This document shows positions 10,201 through 19,640 of a DNA stretch of 64,000 bases, in pieces. Under the pieces are notes generated by a model. That model made no database searches, was not told the DNA's origin, and saw only the letters and a program-made list of their open reading frames with translations. A program made the position numbers and the translations under genes. Within the stretch, counting starts at the first letter, position 1; every line of letters begins with the position of its first letter. Origin of the DNA: an uncultured Lachnospiraceae bacterium (GTDB lineage: Bacteria; Bacillota; Clostridia; Lachnospirales; Lachnospiraceae). The stretch covers positions 1,723 through 65,722 of the forward strand of contig CADBCZ010000009.1 of assembly GCA_902793335.1 (NCBI GenBank). The letters run 5' to 3'.

Positions 10201-13200
10201 ATGTTGGTTTGATCATTTCCAGTAATTTTACCAGAATTTATACTAATAATATTCTCAGCACTAGAATCATCAAGATTTCCGCCTTCTCCTGTACCACTAA
10301 TTTTTAATTTTTCAGCGTATACATCTGTAACAGTAAGCTTAAATGATTCACTGACATCTCTATCTACAGTATAATGTTTTCCTCCATCTAACAACTCAGT
10401 AAATGTCATTAAATTTGTTAATTTCAAAACTGAATTATCACTTGTTTCCTTTTCACCTTGTAAAGAAACCTTGTTAGTTCCTGTAATTACATTTACAAAT
10501 TCCTCTGCAGAACTAAGATCTCTACCATCTTGAGACTGTTTATAATGATATTCATTACGTTGAGTAGAATTAATAAAATCTAAATCTACTGATTGACCTA
10601 TAGGAACACGAATAATATAATCCGGATTTTCTGTTTTTAATGTAATCTTAAGTAATGTAGCATTTGCAACAATAAACTCATTCATCTCAGCAAATATATC
10701 TGAAGAAATCTTTGCTTTCGAAGGGAGCTGAACCTCTTGTAAATCATTGTCATATTCATAAACTCTTGAACCTACACTAGTCACACTCCATGGCATTTCA
10801 GAAATAGCCAAATTATAACAATTCGCAAAAGTCCTATCATTGATAGTTTTGAGATTATTATTATCAGCCAAACTAGCTGTTGTAATGGCAGATTTTTCAA
10901 AAGCACTTCTTCCAATCGACTCCAAACCAACAGGTAATGAGAACGATATATTGGTCAATCCGTAACCTGATTCAAACGCCTTTTCTCCTTCTAAAGGATT
11001 CAATTTGTCAAGTGAACAATTTGCGAAAGCATATTCACCAATAGATTTTAGACCTGTACCGAAAGCAACTTTACCCAATCTCGAGCAACCATTAAACGCG
11101 TTATCCTCGATATCTTTAAGACTACTTGGTAACTTATACATAGTTATTGTTTTATCTGTAACTCTATCTTTTTCTTTTAATGTCAACTGTTCAATTGTTT
11201 CAGAATCCTTAAATGCTCTTCCTTCATAATATAATTCAATACAGTTCTGAAATGCAGCTTTAGAAATATTCTCAACATCATGCGGTAATACAACAGAACG
11301 CAAACCATAAGATGCCTTTACAACTTTATGATCCCCTTCATATACAATGGATCTTTTCCCACATCCATTAAATAATCTTTCAGGAATTACTTTTAAATTA
11401 GCCGGTAATATAGCCTCATTCAAAAAGAAATCATTTTCAAAAACTCCATTACCAAAAGTATCAAGATTTAAATTACGCAGATCAATTTTAGTAAGACCAT
11501 AAACCTTGTAGTCTTTTTCACCATCCTTATCAATTTCAGACCATCTAGCACAATCTGAAAATGCATTATCACCAATATTAACAACAGTTGATGGTAATAC
11601 AAGAGTTCCATCCTGAACGGAATCCACACTATTATAAGTTACAGTATTAAGATTAGTATTAGATTTGAATGCACCCACACCAATATCTGTTAATTCTTTT
11701 GAGAGTGTTACAGATCTTTGTGGTGCAACATATGATAAATGTTCTAAATCATTAAGTTCATAATTATTAACCCTCTTAAGCATTGCAATATCACTGTTGA
11801 CATTTGCCGTATCAACTCCAATTGCAAAAGCATAATCAGGTATTGTTTTAAGATTATCATCTGTATTAATAGTTTCAGTAGCATAGTTATTAGCAAAACA
11901 ATACTTACCTATAGTAGTTAATGAATCTGGTAATGTAATATCTTTAATACCAGACTCGAGAGTATATACACCATATTCATCTTTTACCGGTTCCATTATG
12001 GTATATCCACTACTATCCTTTACCTCATTGCCTTCATTATCTTTTTTAGGTACATATTTAATTGAATAACATTCTGAAAAAGCATAATCACCAATAGATT
12101 CTAAATATTTCAATCCACTAATAAAATCAGTATCAGATAAAGAATCACATCTTCTAAAAGCCCATGTATCTATACTATTTAATTTAGCATCATTTGGTAT
12201 TATTACATTTTCAAGCTCAGTACAACCTTCAAAAGTAGAATCTGCGATTTTTGTAATATTTTTAGGTATATTTATATTTTTTAAATTCGAGCAAGTAAAT
12301 GCTATCCTTTTAATTTCATCGTCTTTTAATGATTCAGGTAATATAAACTGTCTATCATTATCAGTAAAACTACAAAGCTGAAAAGCTCCCTGATCAATTA
12401 AATTAAGCTTGTTACAACTGCTCAAATCAGGCGTTAAAATATGGGAACGAGCAAACGCATCTTTACCTATTTCTTCAAGATTTGTAGGAAATTCCTCCAT
12501 TTTAGACAATCTACAACCAAAAAAGAACGTATCAGGAATTCTGTTCAATTTATCATTAAGCTTTGCATTAACCAATAATTGACATCCAGAAAAACATGAA
12601 GGTCCAAGATTACCTGACGACTTAGTTGGAATATCAACTTCTGACAATAATGTACATTGGCTGAATGCCGCTGGTCCCAAATATAAATCTTCATTGCTTT
12701 TATCAAAAACAATATTGGTAAATCTTTGAGCTGCATTAAAAGCTGAAGTATCAACTCTATCAATGTTAACAAGATTAAGAGTGCCAATTTTATTATTAGT
12801 CTCATCACCTTTAACCTCAATAGTACTTAAGCTTGTACATTTCAAAAATGCAGAAGCTCCAATAGCATTGATTTCATTAGACATAATAACAGTTTCTAAC
12901 ATTGTACAGTTTTCAAAAGTCTTTGCAGGAATACTCTTACCACTGTAACTGCTGATATCAATACCTGTAATACTCTTAAATGCATTAAGCCCTGAAAGAT
13001 CATTAATATTTTTACATAATGATAAATTAGCATAATCATCATATTCTCTAGCCATCTCTAATGTAATGGGTTTTTGGTAAGCTTCATAAGTACTAGAAGT
13101 AAAATCACCCTTAAAATTTGTCATATCCGTTTCAGGAAAAGCTTTTTTGTAATGAACAATTACCTCCATAGCCTTCAACAGGTTTTCATCTGTAATATTA

Positions 13201-13355
13201 ATCGAGTTTGAATCTGCCGCTTCTACATTACTAACATTATGTATTCCAGGCAGAACAAAACGGACATACTCGAGATTAGATGATGACACGATTAAGCCCG
13301 CTGTAAGTAATGCCGCAGTTATTCTTGCCGGCATACTTTTAAATCTTTTCTTCAT
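7794..13355 (-). CDS. Giant secreted surface protein: signal peptide + BspA-type leucine-rich repeats + about 9 Big_2 Ig-like domains
   Basis: The track ORF (1886 aa) begins at a TTG. The internal ATG at 13355 is preceded by GGAGGAG and gives MKKRFKSMPARITAALLTAGLIVSSS (signal peptide), for 1853 aa. There are about 18 repeats of the I(G/P)xxAFxxCxxLxxIxIP type. These are followed by Big_2-like units (..V.W.SSN..IA.VD..G.V.....G.A.IT...). No LPXTG, SLH or CW-binding motif is visible. Confidence 0.85.
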   Translation of the reverse strand: MKKRFKSMPARITAALLTAGLIVSSSNLEYVRFVLPGIHNVSNVEAADSNSINITDENLLKAMEVIVHYKKAFPETDMTNFKGDFTSSTYEAYQKPITLEMAREYDDYANLSLCKNINDLSGLNAFKSITGIDISSYSGKSIPAKTFENCTMLETVIMSNEINAIGASAFLKCTSLSTIEVKGDETNNKIGTLNLVNIDRVDTSAFNAAQRFTNIVFDKSNEDLYLGPAAFSQCTLLSEVDIPTKSSGNLGPSCFSGCQLLVNAKLNDKLNRIPDTFFFGCRLSKMEEFPTNLEEIGKDAFARSHILTPDLSSCNKLNLIDQGAFQLCSFTDNDRQFILPESLKDDEIKRIAFTCSNLKNINIPKNITKIADSTFEGCTELENVIIPNDAKLNSIDTWAFRRCDSLSDTDFISGLKYLESIGDYAFSECYSIKYVPKKDNEGNEVKDSSGYTIMEPVKDEYGVYTLESGIKDITLPDSLTTIGKYCFANNYATETINTDDNLKTIPDYAFAIGVDTANVNSDIAMLKRVNNYELNDLEHLSYVAPQRSVTLSKELTDIGVGAFKSNTNLNTVTYNSVDSVQDGTLVLPSTVVNIGDNAFSDCARWSEIDKDGEKDYKVYGLTKIDLRNLNLDTFGNGVFENDFFLNEAILPANLKVIPERLFNGCGKRSIVYEGDHKVVKASYGLRSVVLPHDVENISKAAFQNCIELYYEGRAFKDSETIEQLTLKEKDRVTDKTITMYKLPSSLKDIEDNAFNGCSRLGKVAFGTGLKSIGEYAFANCSLDKLNPLEGEKAFESGYGLTNISFSLPVGLESIGRSAFEKSAITTASLADNNNLKTINDRTFANCYNLAISEMPWSVTSVGSRVYEYDNDLQEVQLPSKAKISSDIFAEMNEFIVANATLLKITLKTENPDYIIRVPIGQSVDLDFINSTQRNEYHYKQSQDGRDLSSAEEFVNVITGTNKVSLQGEKETSDNSVLKLTNLMTFTELLDGGKHYTVDRDVSESFKLTVTDVYAEKLKISGTGEGGNLDDSSAENIISINSGKITGNDQTNIVEVTASLSPTPRSKAVVWGSSNENVISVEQIDADKELTNDIAKAKIHVKGAGTAKLWVSNGLSGTNEEKDEVTVKIVYPIERIDLSIKSLESDANSFQLEQGKTDVINVSPTYSEEGTKAGSDAQANYFFESTDSTIAAVDRKTGTITTGDKTGNVYINVFDDTGKLLRQLPLEVVEEGKLNPNAIKVNVDKTEINRIDIYKDKSVNVNAVVYPTNVKEENKGIVWTVGDENVALVKVNEDGTAMITGKNLGSTVVYAKSANNNNIVKQIPVSVMVPATTLRFQTSTVQIAVDQSVQLQPTNEEREDATLLYLPSEAIYDTVKWKIDDESIAKFEDLTNRVTLYNGIPVIKGLKQGVTKLTATTGNGLTASIDISVYAPLTDFSVVEKKTMHMGDSFKLDVNKTPADSSEQLKFTSSNNDVATVDSDGNVKAIAEGSAAIYVTNTMGIQRVCSVTIVGKVDQITILDAPIEISVGQTYSISKAYDGENVTTGYRLNPKSTDTPTWSSSNPEIASIEESYGNVTIKGVAPGTATITATTLSGQSASISVTIVSLNTELKFTEESKSIAVGTQAALTISKIPADSTESIKFTSSNEEIAKVDQNGIVTGIAKGQVTITASGKISNVSTSIPVTITVPATGVKVVTHYASEKKIYLVKGSTYQLRYKILPEDSTDKVTYSTNKKKVATISEDGTINAKKKGNATITVKTESGKKATIKVYVVTKEKNAKKIKIKTSSIKVGKTVKLKYTVTAATSTNSVSYSVDKPNIAEIDEYGYITGLKKGKVKVTVTLSNGKTKTKKIKVK

Positions 13356-13491
13356 AGTTTCTCCTCCCTTAAAAATGGTTTTACCTTTAACAGTTACACG
13401 CCGACTATGTCTTCGTGTATTTTTGTCCCCATAGTCTTTTCTATTAAATATCAAAAAGCTCTATGAAGCTAATTTTTTCATATTCTTCACA

Positions 13492-13520
13492 ATTTTATCA
13501 CAAGTTTTTATCATATTCAA
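13492..13520 (-). promoter_or_regulatory. Candidate sigma-A promoter of the giant surface-protein gene
   Basis: Minus strand reads TTGAAT - 17 nt - TAAAAT, with TG one base upstream of the -10. This would leave a ~130-nt 5' UTR. Confidence 0.4.
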
Positions 13521-13533
13521 CTAAAAATTGTAA

Positions 13534-13575
13534 TAAAAAACTCCTTACATTAACTAAACAACTAATGTAAGGAGT
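13534..13575 (-). terminator. Rho-independent terminator of tsf
   Basis: 13-bp stem ACTCCTTACATTA / TAATGTAAGGAGT, followed on the minus strand by TTTTTTATT. It lies 50 nt after the tsf stop. Confidence 0.75.
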
Positions 13576-13624
13576 CTATAAATAAAAATTTTTAATTAAT
13601 TATATACTAAACACAGTAGAATTA

Positions 13625-14560
13625 TTATGCATTCATCTGAGCTGCAACTTCAGCTGCGAAGTCCTCATTCTTCTTCTCAAGACCTTCACCTGTCTCGAAA
13701 CGAACGAACTTCTTAAGAGTAACAGTTGATCCAACCTCTTTTGAAACAGCCTCAAGATACTTACCAACAGTCTCTTTGTTCTCAGCCTTAACGTACTCCT
13801 GCTCAAGAAGACAAACTTCTTTAAGCTCCTTGTTAAGACGTCCCTCGATCATCTTCTCGATGATGTTCTCAGGCTTGTTAGCATTCTTTGGATCGTTCTT
13901 AGCCTGTGCCATAAGAATCTCTTTCTCATGAGCCTTGTAGTCATCAGGTACTTCGTCAGTTGAAACATACTTAGGATTAAGAGCTGCAATCTGCATAGCA
14001 ACGTTCTTAAGAGCGTCTTTAACAGCGTCAGAGTTATTGTCTGTCTTAGCTTCAACTAAAACACCGATCTTACCACCTGCATGGATATATGAAACTACGA
14101 TACCATCCTCAGAAACGATCTTCTCGAATCTTCTGATGTTCATGTTCTCACCGATCTTAGCGATCATAGCAGCATGCTTATCAGCAACAGTCATAGATGT
14201 GTCAAGCGCCCAAGCTTCAGCCTTAAAAGCTTCAACATCAGCAGCATCTGAGTTAGAAACCTGCTCAACAACTTCCTTAACATATGTCTGGAACACTTCG
14301 TTCTTAGCAACGAAATCAGTCTCAGCATTAACCTCAACGATTGCAGCTGTCTTGTCATCATCCTTAATTGTTGTAGCTACAATACCCTCAGCAGCAATTC
14401 TTCCTGCCTTCTTCTGTGCTGTAGCAAGACCCTTCTCACGAAGGAACTCAATTGCCTTATCAAAATCGCCGTCTGTCTCTGTAAGAGCTTTCTTACAATC
14501 CATCATACCAGCGCCAGTCTGCTCTCTTAAATCTTTAACCATACTTGCTGTAATAGCCAT
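13625..14560 (-). CDS. tsf: Translation elongation factor Ts
   Basis: 311 aa with the N-terminus MAITASMVKDLREQTGAGMMDCKKAL (UBA-like EF-Ts signature). It is downstream of rpsB. Confidence 0.95.
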   Translation of the reverse strand: MAITASMVKDLREQTGAGMMDCKKALTETDGDFDKAIEFLREKGLATAQKKAGRIAAEGIVATTIKDDDKTAAIVEVNAETDFVAKNEVFQTYVKEVVEQVSNSDAADVEAFKAEAWALDTSMTVADKHAAMIAKIGENMNIRRFEKIVSEDGIVVSYIHAGGKIGVLVEAKTDNNSDAVKDALKNVAMQIAALNPKYVSTDEVPDDYKAHEKEILMAQAKNDPKNANKPENIIEKMIEGRLNKELKEVCLLEQEYVKAENKETVGKYLEAVSKEVGSTVTLKKFVRFETGEGLEKKNEDFAAEVAAQMNA

Positions 14561-14612
14561 AATCTAAAATCCTCCAAATTCTTTCATTTAAAATGTAAAT
14601 AAATATGCAATC

Positions 14613-14640
14613 GCGAAACATTAACAAATTAATGTTCCGC
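14613..14640 (-). other. Intercistronic hairpin between rpsB and tsf (possible attenuator or processing site)
   Basis: 12-bp stem GCGGAACATTAA / TTAATGTTTCGC (one G-U pair) with a 4-nt loop on the minus strand. There is no clean U-tract after it. Confidence 0.35.
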
Positions 14641-14663
14641 AATCACATTACAAATCAAACTAA

Positions 14664-15392
14664 TTATGCCTCTGCCTCTTCTGTTTCTTCAACATCTGCT
14701 GAAGCATCAACACCCTGATTGCCCTCGATAACAGCATCAGCCATCTTAGATACGATAAGCTTAACTGCACGAATAGCATCATCGTTACCAGGAATTACAT
14801 AATCAAGCTCTTCAGGATCACAGTTAGTATCTGCGATACCTACAAGAGGAATTCCAAGTGAATGTGCTTCCTGAATACAAATTCTCTCTTTGCGAGGATC
14901 TACAACAAAGATCATATCAGGTGCGCCACCCATATCCTTGATACCACCAAGGTTCTTTGTAAGTTTATCCATCTCTTTACGAATCTTGATAACTTCTTTC
15001 TTAGGAAGAACATCAAATGTTCCATCTTCTTCCATCTGCTCATATTTCTTAAGTGTAGCAATACGTGTCTCGATTGTTGACCAGTTAGTGAGCATACCAC
15101 CTAACCATCTCTCATTTACGAAGTACATACCGCAACGCTCTGCTTCTGACTTAACTGAATCCTGTGCCTGCTTCTTAGTACCAACGAAAAGGATCTTTCC
15201 ACCTTCCATAGCACATTTCTTAACCGCTTCATAAGCTTCATCTACTTTACCAACTGACTTCTGTAAGTCGATAATGTAGATTCCGTTACGCTCAGTATAA
15301 ATATACTCAGCCATTTTAGGATTCCATCTTCTTGTCTGGTGTCCGAAATGTACACCTGCTTCGAGTAACTGTTTCATTGAAATAACGCTCAT
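14664..15392 (-). CDS. rpsB: 30S ribosomal protein S2
   Basis: [27 protein letters not shown] is the canonical S2 N-terminus. ATG 15392 is preceded by AAGGAGG, and the track's 13-codon N-terminal extension covers that Shine-Dalgarno sequence. Confidence 0.95.
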   Translation of the reverse strand: MSVISMKQLLEAGVHFGHQTRRWNPKMAEYIYTERNGIYIIDLQKSVGKVDEAYEAVKKCAMEGGKILFVGTKKQAQDSVKSEAERCGMYFVNERWLGGMLTNWSTIETRIATLKKYEQMEEDGTFDVLPKKEVIKIRKEMDKLTKNLGGIKDMGGAPDMIFVVDPRKERICIQEAHSLGIPLVGIADTNCDPEELDYVIPGNDDAIRAVKLIVSKMADAVIEGNQGVDASADVEETEEAEA

Positions 15393-15542
15393 AATTTTAC
15401 CTCCTTGGTTTACCTCTTCCAACGGGTTCATACCTCAAAAACAAATCTATAACTCGCGTCCATGATCATAAATTCGCAACCATTTGAGAATCCACCGTTG
15501 TGTATTATTGTTCTTTGACAACTGCGCATAACAACAAGTCAG

Positions 15543-15588
15543 ATAAAAATACCACTTGTTTCCGTTCGCAGACGTCAACGAGTGGTAT
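15543..15588 (-). terminator. Terminator-like hairpin downstream of the DAHP synthase gene
   Basis: On the minus strand, ATACCACTCG ... CAAGTGGTAT (10-bp stem with 1 mismatch, 20-nt loop) is followed by TTTTTATCT. Confidence 0.5.
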
Positions 15589-15615
15589 TATAACACAAGA
15601 CATTTATTAGTACAA
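15587..15615 (-). promoter_or_regulatory. Candidate sigma-A promoter of rpsB-tsf
   Basis: Minus strand reads TTGTAC - 17 nt - TATAAT with TGT immediately upstream (extended -10). The -10 abuts the 5' arm of the upstream terminator hairpin. The predicted leader is ~190 nt. Confidence 0.45.
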
Positions 15616-15680
15616 GAATTTTTTTGTTATTTCTTAAAAAATATTTATTTTGCAATAAATTACTTTTAATCTTTCAACAA

Positions 15681-16712
15681 TTATAGTAAATCTGCCACCT
15701 CAAGAAGAAGCTTCTCTGTCTTCTTCCAACCAAGACACGGATCTGTAATAGACTTACCGTAACATCCGCCACCTACAGGCTGATTACCGTCCTCAATATA
15801 TGATTCAACCATAACGCCCTTTACAAGACCGGCTACATCATCGCTGTGACGCATACTATGAAGAATCTCTTTGACAATTCTAGGCTGCTGATCCCATTTT
15901 TTTCCTGAGTTATTATGGTTTGCGTCAACTATAACTGCAGGATTCTTTAAATTTGGAAATTCCTGATAAGTCTCATATAATCTGATGAGGTCTTCATAGT
16001 GATAGTTCGGAGCTGAAACTCCGTATTTATTGAGCGAACCTCTCAAAATACAATGTGTCAAAGGATTACCGTCAGACTTAACCTCCCATCCGGCAGTCAT
16101 GAATGTATGCTTTGACTGACCTGCTATACACGAATTCATCATCACTGTATAGTCTCCGGAAGTTGGATTCTTCATTCCAACCGGAACATCAATACCTGAT
16201 GCAATAAGCCTGTGTGACTGATTCTCAACAGATCTTGCACCAATTGCTACATATGAAAGAATATCAGAAAGATAGCTCCAATTATCAGAATATAACATTT
16301 CATCAGCCGCAGTAAGGCCGGATTCTCTTATAGAATCAATATGCATTTTTCTGATTGCCTTTAGTCCCTCAATGAAATTAGGTTTCTCTTCAGGGTTTGG
16401 CTGATGTAGCATTCCCTTATAACCTGAACCGTTGGTTCTTGGCTTATTAGTATAAATTCTTGGAATAATTATAAGCTTGTCCTTAACTTTTTCCTGAACT
16501 TTTGCCAGTCTGGTAGTATAGTCAAGCACTGCGTCTTCATTATCAGCAGAACAAGGTCCGATAATAGCTATAAATTTATCTGATTCACCTGTAAACACCT
16601 TTGCAATCTCTGCATCATTTCTCTCTTTAACCTTAACATCCTCCGGTCTCATCGGAAATAATTCTTTAATCTCTTCTGCAGAAGGAACTTCCGAAATATA
16701 ATGTAATCCCAT
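15681..16712 (-). CDS. 3-deoxy-7-phosphoheptulonate (DAHP) synthase, class I
   Basis: Motifs IIGPCSADN, YTNKPRT, VDANHNNSGK and VMVESYIEDGNQ align to AroF/G/H-type DAHP synthases. ATG 16712 (MGLHYIS..) has AAGGAGA 8 nt upstream. Confidence 0.88.
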   Translation of the reverse strand: MGLHYISEVPSAEEIKELFPMRPEDVKVKERNDAEIAKVFTGESDKFIAIIGPCSADNEDAVLDYTTRLAKVQEKVKDKLIIIPRIYTNKPRTNGSGYKGMLHQPNPEEKPNFIEGLKAIRKMHIDSIRESGLTAADEMLYSDNWSYLSDILSYVAIGARSVENQSHRLIASGIDVPVGMKNPTSGDYTVMMNSCIAGQSKHTFMTAGWEVKSDGNPLTHCILRGSLNKYGVSAPNYHYEDLIRLYETYQEFPNLKNPAVIVDANHNNSGKKWDQQPRIVKEILHSMRHSDDVAGLVKGVMVESYIEDGNQPVGGGCYGKSITDPCLGWKKTEKLLLEVADLL

Positions 16713-16806
16713 ATTTTTTATCTCCTTATATTGTAACATTAATCATACCTTTGAAATATGTTGTTTAGTTTAACACGTTAAAGTAATACAGTCAATAAAT
16801 CTTTTA

Positions 16807-18093
16807 TCAGTCAATCCTCATAAACTCATATATTAATTTTTTCAATACATAAGAATATGTCAAACGTCTCTTATTTTCCCCTGAATATACAGGTAGTTGT
16901 TTATACAATAAACCGTCTATAAAAACAGAAACACTTCCGATTTCAGTGTCTTTTTTTATAGGTGCGGATAGTTTTACCGGTAATTTCTTTTTTATTTCAA
17001 CACTTTCATCGTCAGACAAAAGTAATGAGATATCTTCATTAATATAAAGGGGTATAGCTCCACCATCGACACTGTCTATGACAGGTATTTTTTCAAACCT
17101 CATTTCTTTGCTTAATACATTTTTATATTGATAATTATCAACTCCATAATCCATAAGTTTTGTTGTATCCTGCCATTTATACATCTTATGCGGTGGCCAG
17201 CCCGAACCAAGCACCACACTTACAAGATGTTTATCTTCCCTGACTACGGCTCCCACAAAGCAGTATCCTGCATTTCCCGTAAATCCGGTTTTGATACCGA
17301 TTGCCCCAGGATACGATGTCAGGAACCTGTCTTTATTATTAACAGTAAACGAACGACCCGTGGTCTGCTCAATAAATGAATGTGACATTGTTCCAACTAT
17401 CTCACAAAACGTCGGATTTTTAATTGCATAAGACGCAATAAGTGCCAGATCATAAGCAGTGGTATAGTGGTCTTCGTGATCTAATCCATTAGGCGTAACA
17501 AAATTCGTATTAAATGCGCCAAGTTCCATGGCCTTCTCATTCATTAGTTTGGCAAAGCCCTCAACACTTCCACCAACATGTTCTGCTATAGCAACCGCCG
17601 AATCATTATGAGATTCCAACATCAAAGAATACAGTAAATCCAACAGCCTATATTGTTCTCCGCTCTTAATATTAAGTTGGACATCCGGCATTGATGCTGC
17701 GTAATCTGATACTGTAACAATATCATCCAGATTAGCATTTTCAAGAGCAATCAAAAGTGTCATTATTTTAGTAGTGCTTGCCATCGGAGATTTGGTATAC
17801 CCGTCTTTTTCATATAAAACGCGACCATTATCCGCATCCATAAGCAATGCATGTTTTGCATACAAGCTATCAACCGACGTATAAAATTTTTTCTTTTGTT
17901 GCTCAATTAATACAGAAGGATTATCTTTTGTTTTTTCAACATAAACGTTTATGTTATTATATGTAAATGTAATTACTATGAAAAAAATAATAAAAAATAA
18001 ATATTTTTTTACCAACGATTGCAAACTAACACAAAAAAATGACATGCCGGATAACCTGATATTATGCTTAATCATAATATATGAGCATGTCAT
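16807..18093 (-). CDS. D-alanyl-D-alanine carboxypeptidase (PBP5/DacB/DacF-type serine peptidase)
   Basis: Contains the SxxK (ASTTK), SxN (SHND) and KTG (KTGFT) motifs plus an N-terminal membrane/signal segment. The start codon is uncertain, with several in-frame Met codons. Confidence 0.85.
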   Translation of the reverse strand: MTCSYIMIKHNIRLSGMSFFCVSLQSLVKKYLFFIIFFIVITFTYNNINVYVEKTKDNPSVLIEQQKKKFYTSVDSLYAKHALLMDADNGRVLYEKDGYTKSPMASTTKIMTLLIALENANLDDIVTVSDYAASMPDVQLNIKSGEQYRLLDLLYSLMLESHNDSAVAIAEHVGGSVEGFAKLMNEKAMELGAFNTNFVTPNGLDHEDHYTTAYDLALIASYAIKNPTFCEIVGTMSHSFIEQTTGRSFTVNNKDRFLTSYPGAIGIKTGFTGNAGYCFVGAVVREDKHLVSVVLGSGWPPHKMYKWQDTTKLMDYGVDNYQYKNVLSKEMRFEKIPVIDSVDGGAIPLYINEDISLLLSDDESVEIKKKLPVKLSAPIKKDTEIGSVSVFIDGLLYKQLPVYSGENKRRLTYSYVLKKLIYEFMRID

Positions 18094-18112
18094 AATTAAT
18101 ATTCTAATTTAA

Positions 18113-18718
18113 TCAATCTTTGACACCGGGAAATGTCAGTTGTGCTTCTTCCAACGCCTGCTGTTTGAAATCTTCAATCTTATCCGGTGTGATAACCGGA
18201 AGTTCATCGGTAGATTGCACACCGAAGCTTCGAAGGAATTCATCAGTAGTACCAAATAGAATCGGTCTTCCTATGGCATCTAATCTACCGACTTCCTGAA
18301 CAAGATTATATTCAATCAGTTTATTAACCGTATGAGCACATGACACTCCTCTGATAGCTTCTATCTCCTGACGTGTTATAGGCTGTTTATAAGCAATAAT
18401 AGATAGAGTCTCTAACAAAACATCTGTCAAAACATGTTTTTGGGGAACATTTACCACCTTAATCAAGGTATCATAATAATCAGATTTTGTGCACATCTGA
18501 AATGAATTATCCAATTCAATAATCCTTATTCCTCTGTCAGCACTGTCATACTTGTCCATCATATTATGAATTATCTTAACAACAGTTTTGGTATCTATGG
18601 ATAACGCCTGCGCTATCTGCTCTCTTTCAACCGCTTCACCCATTGAAAACAAAACAGCCTCTATTCTGCCTTCAATAACATCAATAGATTCATCGGTTTT
18701 CACTTTTTCTTTTGCCAT
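18113..18718 (-). CDS. scpB: Segregation and condensation protein B
   Basis: 201 aa with ScpB winged-helix repeats (IEAVLFSMGEAV.., LETLSIIAYKQPITRQEIEAIRGV). It is directly downstream of scpA. Confidence 0.9.
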   Translation of the reverse strand: MAKEKVKTDESIDVIEGRIEAVLFSMGEAVEREQIAQALSIDTKTVVKIIHNMMDKYDSADRGIRIIELDNSFQMCTKSDYYDTLIKVVNVPQKHVLTDVLLETLSIIAYKQPITRQEIEAIRGVSCAHTVNKLIEYNLVQEVGRLDAIGRPILFGTTDEFLRSFGVQSTDELPVITPDKIEDFKQQALEEAQLTFPGVKD

Positions 18719-18737
18719 TTATATATCCTCTCAACAA

Positions 18738-19526
18738 TCAATTTTCACCCGATACTGTCATCGGCGTAATCACAGCATCAACATCATCAAGCGAATCAAT
18801 TACAATCTCACCAAATGTTTCTTCCTGCCTTATGGTAATAGCTCCAACCTTCATAAGTTCAAGTATCGACATAAACGTAATGATTATATTCATTCTTGTG
18901 GGTTGTGATTCCAGCAGTGTCCGGAAATTAATACCCTTTAAACCTTTAACTTCTTCACGTATCTGAACCATCCGGTCTTCAATATTAATCTCTTCTTTTT
19001 CTATAGTACCGAATTTTGATCTGATAGGGTCAATCTTATCGACCTGCTTCCTCATAATCGACTTAAAAATATCATTTAACTGTCTAAGCGTAATGTCTGC
19101 AACAAGCTCAGCAGGGTCAACCTTTTCCTTATAGGCTGATACCTCTTTGGGAATTGTTGGCACCTTATAAAAATTCTTTGCAGCATCAAGCTCCATATCC
19201 TTAAGTTCTAATGCGGCATATTTATACATCTTATATTCAAGAAGTCTTCTTACAAGTTCAGCCCTTGGATCTTCCTCTTCTTCCTCTTCCGTCTCCACTC
19301 TTGGCAAAAGCATCTTCGATTTAATCTGCAAGAGCATACCTGCCATTACCATAAACTCGCTCATGACATCCATATTCTGCTCTTTCATCTGACCTACATA
19401 ATCAAGATACTGTTCAGTAATAGTTACAATCGGTATATCGTAAATATCAACTTTATTCTTTTCAATCAGGTGTAATAAAAGATCAAGTGGTCCCTCAAAC
19501 ACCCGTAGTTTATATTCTATATCCAT
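18738..19526 (-). CDS. scpA: Segregation and condensation protein A (kleisin)
   Basis: 262 aa with FEGPLDLLLHLIEKNKVDIYDIPI, the typical ScpA N-terminus. Confidence 0.9.
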   Translation of the reverse strand: MDIEYKLRVFEGPLDLLLHLIEKNKVDIYDIPIVTITEQYLDYVGQMKEQNMDVMSEFMVMAGMLLQIKSKMLLPRVETEEEEEEDPRAELVRRLLEYKMYKYAALELKDMELDAAKNFYKVPTIPKEVSAYKEKVDPAELVADITLRQLNDIFKSIMRKQVDKIDPIRSKFGTIEKEEINIEDRMVQIREEVKGLKGINFRTLLESQPTRMNIIITFMSILELMKVGAITIRQEETFGEIVIDSLDDVDAVITPMTVSGEN

Positions 19527-19562
19527 AATATCCAGCCCTTATGTAATAGTACACATTAATAA

Positions 19563-19606
19563 CAAAAATAAAAAATGAAGTCATCAGCATATGCGGACAA
19601 CTTCAT
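19563..19606 (-). terminator. Possible terminator after spoIVA
   Basis: On the minus strand, ATGAAGT - 18-nt loop - ACTTCAT is followed by TTTTTATTTTTGTT. The stem is weak but the U-tract is good. Confidence 0.4.
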
Positions 19607-19640
19607 CTATTATATAATAAAGATTTGGAAATAGCAAACT

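Noticed and set aside
14037-14567. Long antisense ORFs opposite highly expressed genes: 14037..14567 (tsf), 39744..40409 (DAK2), 48948..49457 (acidic protein), 60021..60602 (eno), 8407..8724 and others.
   Set aside because: These are typical shadow ORFs in stop-poor antisense frames. They have Ser/Leu/Ile-rich low-complexity translations, no Shine-Dalgarno sequence, and lie fully nested in genes with strong homology signatures.
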